Shown here one piece after another: positions 11,895 to 23,793 of a stretch of 64,000 nt of DNA (positions within the stretch are counted from its first letter, which is position 1; every line of letters starts with the position of its first letter). The translations under genes were made by a program, and so were the position numbers. The stretch lies in the NCBI RefSeq assembly GCF_006345805.1, contig NC_043007.1, forward strand, positions 43,834,001 through 43,898,000, given 5' to 3'. Below the pieces are notes generated by a model, which was given only the letters and a program-made list of their open reading frames with translations, made no database searches and was not told where the DNA came from. The stretch comes from Octopus sinensis (Eukaryota).

Positions 11895-11895
<1 letters not shown>
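11720..11895 (-). mobile_element. Dong family 2 3' UTR fragment
   Basis: Reverse complement of ~10980-11142, preceded by (TTA)n. Confidence 0.85.
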
Positions 11896-11965
<70 letters not shown>

Positions 11966-11987
11966 TCGTTGCCTGGAATCGAACTCG

Positions 11988-12041
<54 letters not shown>

Positions 12042-12678
12042 CAACAACAACAACAACAACAACAGCAGCAGCACAACAACAACAACAACAACAACAACAA
12101 TAATGGCTTAGGTTCGAAATTTCCACAAGATACCTGGCTGGAGTGTATATCAGCCGAAACGTTGTGTTAACATCAAACAAGATTATGACAAATATCCGTC
12201 AAATGTAAATAATGTAAATAATGTAAATAATGTACATAATTCCTCATCTCTTAAATATAGAACTGTATGATATAAACTTCTATTAAATCTATTTCATATT
12301 GTTTTGAAAGAGACCCAGTCACTGTGTCAACCTACGTTCCATATCAACACGAAATTTTTAGAAATTTACTTGACATTTTAGCAGAGTTTTGATGTATTTA
12401 TTTTGTTCTGTTATCCCCAGGCTAAAAATACTGTTGCAGGAAAAGCAAATGTAGACATGTACAACATTTGTATGGGGTCCGTCAAAAAATTCTTTTAGAT
12501 CACGTAACTTCACATGTGAGGAAGCTATGTGGAAAAGAGCAGGCGTATTCCGGGAAGTTTAACAATCAAATATGTGTGTATGTTCATTTATATTGCGTGT
12601 GTATATATATATATATATTATATATATATATATATTATATATATATATATATATGCATACACACACACACACACACAC

Positions 12679-12732
<54 letters not shown>

Positions 12733-12799
12733 GTGTGTGTGTGTGTGCAAGCTTTCGATAAGTCGGATGGCACTCCTTTAGATCCTTTTCGCTTTTCGA

Positions 12800-13830
12800 G
12801 TAAAAAGTGATATAAAATAGATGTGCATAATGGCCACTGCTTTGCTTTCTATTTACTTATCCCTGATACTTGAGTATGTCTTGAAAGATATTATAGCGTT
12901 CTGCTTGAATTTAGAATATCAGGTGAGATATTCAATCATCAAAGATTTAAGACAAGGGCCCTTCCTTGGACGAAAATGCTTTTAGACAACTTGTTTGCAG
13001 ATGTCGCGCCTCGAGTAGCTAATTCTTTCCAGGAAGCGCAAAAAGCTGCAAGCTGGTTTTCTTCTGCAATAAAAACGTCTGGCTTAACAATAAGTATGAA
13101 AAATGATAGAAGTTATATACCAGCCAGAACCAACACTTATCCAAAGAAGAAGTATTGCACTACCTTGGCCCCAATACAATGCACCATCATGTCAAATTCT
13201 TGTGAACAATATGCCTCTAAGTCCTTCTCATGTATACGAATTAAAATCATTACTATCGCTTCTTTTGATGATGAAATTGTAAACAGAATCGCTAAGGCTA
13301 GCGGTGCCTTTGGAAAGTTGCAAGCAAGGGTATGGAATGAGAGACGACTAAGTTTGAAAACCAAAATCTTAGTTTACCGCACAGTTATCGTTTCAACAAT
13401 GTTATATGGGTCTGAATCGTGAACACCATATAGAAAACATATCACGCAGCTGGATATTTTCCACAAGAGATGTCTTAGAAATATCTGTGATTTCACACGG
13501 AAGGATAAAATTTCTAATAAACAGTTGCTTCATAAATGTGATATAGAAAGTTTAGAGGCTTTCTTGATACAGTCTCAACTGAGATGGGCTGGTTATTTTG
13601 CTAGGATGAATGATGAAAGATTGCCGAAAATGACCATTGACGTAGGGTTGCGAAATGGAGGAAGACGTCTTCTTACATACAAAGAGAAACATATTGGGAT
13701 AAAAGCATCAGCATTTGAGTAATGTACAGTTAACTTTCATTGGTGGAAGAAATTCTGTCAAAATGATACCAGCAGCCATGACAACAAACAGATTGAGAAC
13801 CTAAGTGATCTAAAGTAACGTCAAAAAAAT
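12800..13830 (+). mobile_element. RTE (BovB-like) LINE RT remnant
   Basis: LFAD, GLTISMK, DDEIVNRIAKASGAFGKL, TKILVYRTVIVSTMLYGSES, QLRWAGYFARMNDERLPK. Confidence 0.9.
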
Positions 13831-14019
13831 GTAGTTTCTTTTCAACGTTTTGACTGTGAAGGATGCGGCCTGGTTTGCGAAAAGAAAGCAGCTCTAGTGT
13901 TTCACAGAAGACACGAACACTAAAATGTGGAATAAAATAAAGAAAGTAAAATTCTTTGGTCCGCATGTGTCGAATATGACAGAAGAGTTCTTCATATATA
14001 TATGTATGTATGTATGTAT

Positions 14020-14054
<35 letters not shown>

Positions 14055-14271
14055 CATACATATGTATTATATATATAAGTATATATAGGTGCAACCACAT
14101 GGTTCCAAGTTCAGTCCCACCTCGTGAGTGGATTTGGTAGACAAGCCCATCGTATATATATATATATATATATATATGGTAAGACAACAAAAGAATGAAA
14201 GAGCCCTCGATATTATGTAAATAGAGGAATTTATCTGTAAATGTAATATGTGACAATTATTCAGTAGCCAC

Positions 14272-14332
14272 GATAAAACTCCGAGTTTCGGATGCCGGGG
14301 TGGAAATCCACGCCGCCATCTCTTCAGTTATC
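14272..14332 (-). ncRNA. Type I hammerhead ribozyme (unit 1, minus polarity)
   Basis: GATAA-CTGAAGA-GATGGCGG..CCGGCATC-C-GAAA-CTCGGAG-TT-TTATC. Confidence 0.85.
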
Positions 14333-14397
14333 CGGCCATCGGAAAAAATGCTATGAAAATCCACTATAGATTTTCGTAGCATTTTTTCTGATGGCCG

Positions 14398-14458
14398 GAT
14401 AACTGAAGAGATGGCGGCGTGGATTTCCACCCCGGCATCCGAAACTTGGAGTTTTATC
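14398..14458 (+). ncRNA. Type I hammerhead ribozyme (unit 1, plus polarity)
   Basis: GATAA (14398-14402), CTGAAGA (14403-14409), stem II, GAAA (14441-14444), GUU site (14451-14453), TTATC (14454-14458). Confidence 0.85.
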
Positions 14459-14493
14459 ATGGCTACCGAATAATTGTAACATATTACATTTAC

Positions 14494-14543
<50 letters not shown>

Positions 14544-14634
14544 TAAGACAACAAAAGAATGAAAGAGCCCTCGATATTATGTAAATAGAGGAATTATCTG
14601 TAAATGTAATATGTGACAATTATTCAGTAGCCAC

Positions 14635-14695
14635 GATAAAACTCCGAGTTTCGGATGCCGGGGTGGAAATCCACGCCGCCATCTCTTCAGTTATC
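14635..14695 (-). ncRNA. Type I hammerhead ribozyme (unit 2, minus polarity)
   Basis: Identical to 14272-14332, offset 363. Confidence 0.85.
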
Positions 14696-14760
14696 CGGCC
14701 ATCGGAAAAAATGCTATGAAAATCCACTATAGATTTTCGTAGCATTTTTTCTGATGGCCG

Positions 14761-14821
14761 GATAACTGAAGAGATGGCGGCGTGGATTTCCACCCCGGCA
14801 TCCGAAACTTGGAGTTTTATC
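14761..14821 (+). ncRNA. Type I hammerhead ribozyme (unit 2, plus polarity)
   Basis: Identical to 14398-14458; GUU at 14814-14816. Confidence 0.85.
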
Positions 14822-14856
14822 ATGGCTACCGAATAATTGTAACATATTACATTTAC

Positions 14857-14904
<48 letters not shown>

Positions 14905-14949
14905 ATAAACAATGAAAAAAACTATCAAAAAGCTACTTTTAGGATGTAA

Positions 14950-15720
14950 TATCTGAAAAAATGTCTTTCTCTGCAACAAAGATTGGTAATATACGGAGCA
15001 ATCGAAACAAAGATTGTTTGTGATAATAAGCATAGCTTTTTTAAATCAACAGAGACATCCTGCAACGTTATATGGATATAGTGTTTCTTCACTTCGCAAA
15101 GATAGGTGGGCAAGCATTTAAAAGTAATGACGAAGCCAATAGTTCAAGAAACAGAGGTAACTATGCCGAACATTGACGTGTTAAGTAAATATAATGGTCA
15201 ATTAAGAGGTTTCTCTGACAATGTTACGACTTACCGTGGAATGTCAAATAACGAGCTCACAGAATCTGTCATATGATACGATGATATAATTAAAAAGAAA
15301 TCGAACAAGCAAAGTTCTTTTAGTAATGCTTGATGAAGTCAGTGACATCTATGTCAGCTGTCATACGTTTTACGTAATTCATTGGACAGCAATGTTATAT
15401 AAACGATTTTTAAGGTTTGAAACTGTCTCCTAAGAGAAAAATCAAAATTCCATTTATATAAACTTGAAAAAGAAAACATTTAGAGTGTAGTGGCAAAAAC
15501 TAGTGAATTAATTTTAATGTTTTCAGCAAAAATGTCATCTGTAGAGAGCTGTCTCTCTGCTTTGAACCAGAGATTGAGAATTAAATATTATTCAAGGCAG
15601 AGAAAGATTGAAAAGTTTATCCCTTTTAGCAACTGAAAAATAATTGTTGCATAATCTAAATCAGAATTTTACAGTAAAATTACTAAACATTTTGGTCATA
15701 AGTCAAGAGAAATTCCATAG
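14950..15720 (+). mobile_element. Decayed hAT (Tip100/ZMYM1-DUF4371-like) transposase remnant
   Basis: Fragmentary translations NDEANSSRNRGNY, KEIEQAKFF, VMLDEVSDI, KRFLRF and C-terminal SSVESCLSAL. Confidence 0.65.
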
Positions 15721-16246
15721 AAATGTGTTTAAAATGATTGGTTGTTGTTGTTGTTTAGGATCAGATCATCTCCAATCAAGCAAAACTAGGATCAAAGTCG
15801 TTCTATCTTTTTTTAAAGCATAATATATCAAGAAAAACGTCATCCAGTCATATATTCATTTGTAAGACTGTAGGAAGTAACTTGAAGGAGATCTAGGTAT
15901 TATTTCTCGCATGTACTGCAGTGATTTTTCAATATTCTTCACTTCGTAGCCCAAAGGAAATAAAATAATTTGAGATAAAATACAAATTATAGGCAAACTG
16001 AAGATCAAATAAAAAATATTAATGGTGTACTTTGCATGCAAAGTTAAACAACTATATTTTAAAATGAAAAATATAATACATTATAAATGTTATTTCCATC
16101 GTTGATATAATTTCATACTGTTTCATTTGCGTATATTGATTTCATTTCCGTCTGGTCAGCTTCCACATAAATCAATGAATATTTTGTTTGTTGATTTCGT
16201 TACTGGAACAAAAGTTCCGACTTCGCTCAGAATGATCGCGGTTGTT

Positions 16247-16291
16247 CGCCACTGAAGAGGCTAATTCAAGCCGAAATACCAGTGTCTGACG
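16247..16291 (+). ncRNA. Compact type I hammerhead ribozyme
   Basis: CGCCA-CTGAAGA-GGCT/AATTCA/AGCC-GAAA-TACCAGTG-TC-TGACG; GUC site at 16284-16286. Confidence 0.85.
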
Positions 16292-16665
16292 ATCACTTAC
16301 ATCTTTCTGTGCGAGCTCTGTGGTGTTCTTAACATACAAAGTAATAGTAGGTTTAAAGGCGTTGGGAACATTGGTTTCTTTTTATCATCTCTTTATATCA
16401 TTTTTGTTCCCTCCTTCCTGCCAATCTTATACACTCCTTCCTTTACCAGCAATGAAATCTAAACTCTAGTTTTAGATTCTACAGTAAGTTGCCATTAATT
16501 GACTTCACTAGCAAAGAAAAAATAATAACATTTATCAACTTAAATTTCAGTTATTCCCTAAATTCTTTTCCCCAAATTAATCAACGCTGCCAATCCCAGC
16601 GCAATCCACACACCTTCAAACACGGTGCGCACATTCACACTCATACACACACAGCCACACACATG

Positions 16666-16705
<40 letters not shown>

Positions 16706-17252
16706 AACAAACAACACAACACACACATACACACACGTGTACACACACACACGTGTACACACACACACGTGTACACACACACACGTGTACACTCACATAC
16801 ATTCCTCCTTTCCAAACTCCGTTCATTGTCCATCTGAGATTTAAATTCTATTTTGAGATTTCACAACAAGCATCTGTTACTTGACGTCACGAATATAGAA
16901 AATTATATTTAGTTTCAATTATCTCCAAAATTCCATTATCCCAAATTAGCTATCCCCTACTGAAGTCCAACGAAAACTGGGAACATTCAAACGTGCATGC
17001 GCACAACCATTCAGACTTCACAACACACACGCTCATACACACACATACACGCGCGCACGCACGCGCACACACACACACATATATACATACATACACTCAT
17101 GTGACTCCTAGATTCTTTGTGCTTTGTCCTTATTAACTTAGAGATTTGAAATCTACCAGCTACAGATAATGAAATAGAAATAAATTTTAAAATGGATTTT
17201 ACTTCACCCATGCACACAAAAACACAAATTCTGTCTCTCCCTCTCTCTCCCC

Positions 17253-17302
<50 letters not shown>

Positions 17303-17603
17303 AACACACACACACACACACTCAAACAAACACAAACACACACTTATAGAAACACGTATGAGTATTTACACAAACTCGACAAAATCTGTACATAATTACT
17401 CTAAAACAAATCTAAGAAAATTTGTGAATATACATAAGATAAAAATATATAAACCAGCATTCACTCATGCCTCCACTAAGGAAAACCTTCATAACTCAAC
17501 CAAATAATACAACGACACTGTTTCCTTGATGCAAGATCATTTCATCTCCTGCGGGAGATGAAATTACTGGTTATTCTGAGGCAATAAAAGCTTATCAATT
17601 AAG

Positions 17604-17812
17604 TATACATACATACATACATACATACATACATACATACATACATACATGCATACATGCATACATGCATACATGCATGCATACATACATACATACATAC
17701 ATACATACATACATACATACATACATACATGCATACATGCATGCATACATACATACATACATACATACATACATACATACAAACATACATACATACATAC
17801 ATACATACATAC
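17604..17812. repeat. (TACA)n/(TGCA) microsatellite
   Basis: Direct reading. Confidence 0.98.
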
Positions 17813-17996
17813 AAAAATACCCTGTTGATGTTGAAATTCCAGTGAAGGAACTTTGGATCAAAGTTAGAAACCGGCTCTTTCTCTATTGGTATGAAATCTT
17901 AAAATAAAACTAAATAACTACATACATACATACATACATACATACATACATACATACTACATAAAGACATACATACATACATACGTACGTACATAC

Positions 17997-18122
<126 letters not shown>

Positions 18123-18937
18123 CGTTGCCCTAGTAAAAACAATACACACAATAGGTTTGGTAAGAAGGTGATATTTCACAGCAAGATAACATAATGATGA
18201 TATTCTGGGGGCAGCTGCAGATGAAGTGAGTGTTATCTTCCACACTATTACGGCATTGATATTTTCTATCAACGTTAAGAGGCACGGAGACATCATTATC
18301 GCTTTTGTTGATCAGATATTTGCAAGCTGTTTTCGTTCCTGTATGCATATATGTTTTGTATGCGAATGATACATGTATATATATATATGTAGCCATGCAT
18401 GATGTGTATCTATATTTTAATAGTTCATAGATTGTTATTGTTACATAGAATTTGTATGCAGACAAATATAATACATACATTACATACATACATACATACA
18501 TACATATACATATACATATACATATATATATACATGTATATATACATACATGTATACACACATATATAAAGACAGACACATGTGCATACACACAAAAAAA
18601 TCGTGTGTGTGTGTGTGTGTGAGTGTTCAGCACATATAGAGGTTACATACTACCGCCATTAATCCTCCAATGTCAGAACTGAAGAGAAATATCTCATAGC
18701 TGTCAGATTAAAATCTGGGACTGTCTGAGTGTTGAACACCCACAAATACACATACACATCCAGAGAAGGATATATGTGAATGCGCGCGCTTACACGTAGA
18801 CACACACACAACTCTCTCTCTCTCTCTTATTCAGTTATTGAGATGTGCACGTTCTATGTCTGGTGTTACGTTCTAAGAGTTCGTCTGTTTACAGAAAGTA
18901 TGCAGAAGGGACAGAATATGTTTGATAGGCAGCTATG

Positions 18938-19192
<255 letters not shown>

Positions 19193-19710
19193 ATTGATGT
19201 GTGCCTTAAGTACTGAAATTAGTATGGTTTCCAACTAACTTCCAGCAAAGGGGCCAGATTTAGGCACAACTGTCTCTTTCCTGCCTTTTCATTTTCCATG
19301 TAAATATTTTTATACTATTGTTTTGGTGTGTGTGCGTGTGTACATAATTCTTGATTCATATTTATATGTGTATATGTACATGTATTATATGAAAAACAGT
19401 GAGTCCATCATAAATCGTTTTGTTTCAGTCAAGAACACGTCAGAGACAAAGAGATAGCAAGAGCTTAGAAAAACGCTGGATCTAAAATAGTAAGAGTACA
19501 AAATATTGGTCAGACGCTGATAGGAAGGCAGCTGAAAATGAAATAGAATATTCGATTTTTGTCTTTTCACTGTTACACTCATTCATCTATACAGTCAAGT
19601 ATTCATTCTTCTATTCACTTGTACTATTTTACGTCTGCTGGTATCCCCATGTATGTGTGTTTATGTGTATGTATGTGCTATATATATACTACATGCATTC
19701 GTTACACCCG

Positions 19711-19781
19711 ATCTTACCAATCGGTTTCGCACAAGGTATTAGGCAATAAGGGACTAACTAGTAACCGTGCTCCTCAGAGTT
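19711..19781 (-). ncRNA. Type I hammerhead ribozyme
   Basis: Minus strand AACT-CTGAGGA-GCAC...GTGC-GAAA-CCGATTGG-TA-AGAT; near-palindromic stem III ACCGATTGGT; GUA site. Confidence 0.8.
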
Positions 19782-19957
19782 ATTGGTATGGAGAAAATGG
19801 CGTCAGTTCTCTGTCACTGGAGGTGCCATATCAGCAGCCACAAACCGAATGTGATATTTTCTCACTCCCAGTGATAGAGAGCAGTTGATTTTTGCTTCCA
19901 TACAGGCTAAATCATCGGTAAGTATATGAATGCCTATTTTTTCTTTTATATGTATAT

Positions 19958-20260
19958 AGGCATAGGCGTGGTTGTATGGTAAGAAGCTAGCTGGCTGGCG
20001 AGCTGGCAGAAACGATAGCCAGCCGAGCGAAATGCTTAGCAGTATTTCGTCTGCCGTTACGTTCTGAGTTCTGAGTTCAGCCGAGATCGACTTTGCCTTT
20101 CATCCTTTCGGGGTCGATAAATTAAGTACCAGTTACGTACTGGGGTCGATATAATCGACTTAATCCGTTTGTCTGTCCTTGTTTGTCCCCTCTATGTTTA
20201 GCCCCTTGTGGGCAATAAAGGAGTAAGAAACTAGCTTCCCAACCACATGGTTTTGGGTTC
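19958..20260 (+). mobile_element. SINE family B (about 19997-20222) nested in the head of a family A SINE
   Basis: A head GGCATAGGCGTGGTTGTATGGTAAGAAGCTAGC is interrupted by a full B copy and resumes at CTTCCCAACCACATGG; GTAAGAA(G/A)CTAGCT is duplicated on both sides. Confidence 0.85.
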
Positions 20261-20269
20261 ATCTCTTCC

Positions 20270-20880
20270 ACATCTGCAAAACGTTTTCCTTTAAGGATTT
20301 TCTTCGCTCAGTGGGTGACATCGAATGCTTCCATTGACTTTATTGCTGCTTCCTTTCGTAGCCGTAGCACTAGTTTTCGTCACTTTCGAAAAAAGGTCCA
20401 GATCAACTTCCAACGGTTCTTTCAGTTCGCGACATGAATTCACTCGTGACTGCTTTTGATTTTCTGTGACCAAGTGAGTTACAACTTTTGCTGCAATTCA
20501 TTTCATTCGCAATTTCTCTCTCAAAATTCGTTGGCAGGAGCTCCAGGACACATCAGTTATATCAACACGTTCAATTGTTCCGCGACGGTCCTCCAAGATC
20601 AGTTCATGAATTTTCGTGATGTTTTCATTTATTTGGGAGGTCGAAGGTCGCACTGCACGAGGTTGGACTTCAGGCGACATATGCCAATTCCTAAAGCATG
20701 GAAACCAGTGTTTTGCTCGTAGCAGCGTCCTTGTAAGCTATATGAGGGAGAAGCACTGCAAAATAGAGACGCACCACGTGGCGGTATGACACCTCACGAT
20801 GCTGCTTTTGGCAGACTAATGCCTGAAGGTTGCATCAAGTGACTTCTAGCGATGAAAGCCTGAACTACAACGGGCTTGTC
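20270..20880 (-). mobile_element. Mariner transposase remnant
   Basis: RPSTSQINENITKIHELILEDRR..SWSSCQRILREKLRMK second-HTH region. Confidence 0.8.
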
Positions 20881-21957
20881 CCACATATGAAAATGAAGCA
20901 AGAGTGGCATGAATTTGACCATCGAAAACTTATAAAGTCATATTAAATACAGCAGAAAAAGAATTCCTGCTTTATTAAAATTATCTCCTGCGACGCAGCC
21001 ATACTGGGGCACCGTCTTAAAGAATTTTAGTCAAACTAATCGACCCCACTATTTACTTTCTTTTTAAAGCCTAATATTTATTCTATCGATCTCTTTTGTC
21101 CAACTGCTAAGTTATGGGGATGTACAGAAAGTAAAATCATCGCCTGGTTACTGGAACCGACACCAAATGAGAAGCGGAATTAATATCATGAATCAAGAAT
21201 TCTCCAAAGTCGACATAGAAAAGGGACAGTTGTGGATACATGTTTCTACCTCAATAAGTACTATCAACACATCTCTAGACCTACCTTGTCTCCAGTAGAC
21301 GTCATACTTATCCTTGTTATCATCGTCATCACCACCATCATCATCATCACCAGCATTACTACCACCACTATCGCGATCATCATAATTATCATCACCACTA
21401 TTACCAACACCACTATAACCATCATTATCATCATTATCATTAACGTCATCATAAAAAAGAAACAACAAATCGTGCAATATGGATCCACATTTAACAAAAA
21501 TAAAACAACAAAAAAAGACAAGGGTGGTTTGAAAGAAAAGGCACACTAGATAATGCAGTCCTAGATGCATTGTGCCTACAAAAAAGAACAGTGGTTTTGA
21601 CTAGAAAGCATTTGATTTTAGATCTGGTCGATCAGAGTTGATCTGGGGTTAAACTGCCTCAGTAATACTTAGCCCTCCTCTTTACTATCATCATTATCCT
21701 CATCTCACGCCATCAAGGCAATTCTATGCAGCATGCGAGAAATAGCAGTAAAACGTACGTAAAAATCTCACCCCGTCTTTCTCCTTAAAAACGTAGATAT
21801 TTAAAAATAAATGGCAGGATGGACAATACCTTTGGTCATAGACCTAGTTGATTTGCGATGACTAGTAGTAAAGAAATAATTAGAAGCAAAATAATTTTCA
21901 CACGCTACCGTCAAAAATATAAGGAGGATCCACCACATTGAAAATTTAGTCCTAGAT

Positions 21958-22277
21958 CAGTGGTTTCCAAACTTTTTCTGGCTGCCGAACCCTTGCCCCC
22001 TCCCCCTCCCCCTTCCCCAAGTTACATTCCTAGTTTCACGCCAACCATCACCATACTTATCACCTCAAACAGATCACTTTCTGAAACAAATTCAAAACAA
22101 CTATATCTCACAAATAAAACTTAACCTAATAAACCTATTATTTTGTTGTTGTTGTTGTTACATCCATTGTCCCCTTTTGGACGCCCCATTATCACCCCAC
22201 TTTTCTTCATCGCCCCCTCAACCTGGATCTTTCCACCGCCCCAGGGGATGCAGTAACATACACTTTAGGAACCACTG
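21958..22277. mobile_element. hAT (Charlie-type) MITE
   Basis: TIRs CAGTGGTTTCCAAA / TTTAGGAACCACTG; perfect 8-bp TSD TCCTAGAT at 21950-21957 and 22278-22285. Confidence 0.93.
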
Positions 22278-22544
22278 TCCTAGATAAACAATTGCCTGAG
22301 AGAAAAAAGACGGCATGAGTGGATAATGTTGGAATATCTTTGACCATGAGTGTACTGTGTAAGGAGATATACAATAACAACAGCACAAACAACAGCAAGC
22401 ACTGATAAAGCAGCAGCAAGAACACGACGAACAAGTTTGCTGTATTCCTTCTTATTTATATAAGCATTCAACACTTTTACTACTGATGTTATTTTGTGAC
22501 ACGTAATACTTGCCCAGTGAAGGAATACAAACTATAGTGGTTGT

Positions 22545-22770
22545 AAGGCGGTGAGCTGGCAGAATCGTTAGCACGCCGGGCGAAATGCTTAGCGGTTTTT
22601 CGTCTGCCGTTACGTTCTGAGTTCAAATTCCGCCGAGGTCAACTTTGCCTTTCATCCTTTCGGGATCGATAAATTAAGTACCAGTTGTGTACTGGAGTCA
22701 ATGTAATCGACTTAATCCCTTTGTCTGTCCTTGTTTGTCCCTTCTATGTTTAGCCCCTTGTGGGCAATAG
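22545..22770 (+). mobile_element. SINE family B, full-length, with TSD
   Basis: Complete head and core; AACTATAGTGGTTG direct repeat on both flanks (~22530 and ~22781). Confidence 0.9.
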
Positions 22771-23014
22771 ATAATAGACCAACTATAGTGGTTGCATACA
22801 CACACACACAGACTTATGCATATGTGGATGCACGAGTGTGCATTTTAACTATAAACGTCATTTCTTCCGTCGCTCAGTATATGAATACGTGTGCGTGCGT
22901 GTATACATTTGTGTGTGTGTGTGTGCTATTGCATGTGTATGTGCGCGCATGTATGAACGGATTAGTATGTATGTATGTGTTGCGTGTGTAAGTATATATA
23001 AAATTATTATCGTT

Positions 23015-23435
23015 TATCTCTTTCAGTCATTAGATTGTAGCCATGCTGGGGTACCACTTTGAAGAACATCTAATCGAATAAATCGACCCAGTGCTTATCT
23101 TTTAAAAGTCTGGTACTTGTTCTAACGGTACCTTTTTTCCGAACCGCTGATTTACAGTAACGTTAACACCGGTTGTCCAGCGGTGGTAGGAGACAAGCAC
23201 AGACGCAAAGACACACATACACACACACACACATATATATATATTATATTTATATATATTATATTATATATATATACATATACGGCAAGCTTCTATCAAC
23301 TGTCTACCAAATCTACAAGGCTTTGGTCGGCTCGAGGATAGAGTAGAAGACACTTACTCAACCTGCTACACTGTGGGACTGAACCCGGAACCACATAGTT
23401 GGGAAGCAAGCTTCTTACTACACAGCCACGCCTGC
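23015..23435 (-). mobile_element. SINE family A, diverged
   Basis: Colinear with 1771-2172. Confidence 0.85.
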
Positions 23436-23440
23436 ATCAC

Positions 23441-23471
<31 letters not shown>

Positions 23472-23484
23472 ATATTATATATAT

Positions 23485-23564
<80 letters not shown>

Positions 23565-23710
23565 TAAATTAGAGAAGAACAACCATGTAGCAATTCAACA
23601 TGATATAATTAAATCATACCGTATAGAAAAAAGTTAAATATACGATAAAACATTTACCTGGAAATAAATAAAGTACAAAATAATAAATAGATAGTATATA
23701 ATTAGTAAAT

Positions 23711-23793
23711 AGACTACACGTGTTTCGTGGTTATATTTTCAAACTGATAACAGTTAAATCAATTCAATTTAAATATAGTCACTCATCAGGTCC
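23711..23793 (-). ncRNA. Type I hammerhead ribozyme, all elements canonical
   Basis: Minus strand GGAC-CTGATGA-GTGACTATATTT...AAATATAACCAC-GAAA-CACGTG-TA-GTCT; palindromic stem III ACACGTGT; GUA site. Confidence 0.9.

Larger units (their letters stand above)
11561..12267. mobile_element. Penelope-type inverted-pLTR composite with hammerhead arms
   Basis: Inverted arms 11561-11667 and 12110-12210; 12-bp direct repeat TGATATAAACTT at 11549-11560 and 12268-12279. Confidence 0.8.
14177..14861. repeat. Tandem dimer of a ~363-bp unit containing a 267-bp palindrome
   Basis: Units start at 14177 and 14541; arms 14232-14361/14369-14498 and 14595-14724/14732-14861; loop CACTATA; (TA)n spacers. Confidence 0.97.

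Noticed and set aside
17539-17564. Hairpin ATTTCATCTCC-TGCG-GGAGATGAAAT
   Set aside because: An isolated 11-bp stem with no context; not a bacterial terminator in this eukaryotic DNA.
18671-18707. CTGAAGAGAAATATCTCATAGCTGTC hammerhead-like remnant
   Set aside because: GAAA is missing and stem I is unclear; possibly a dead copy, but not supportable.
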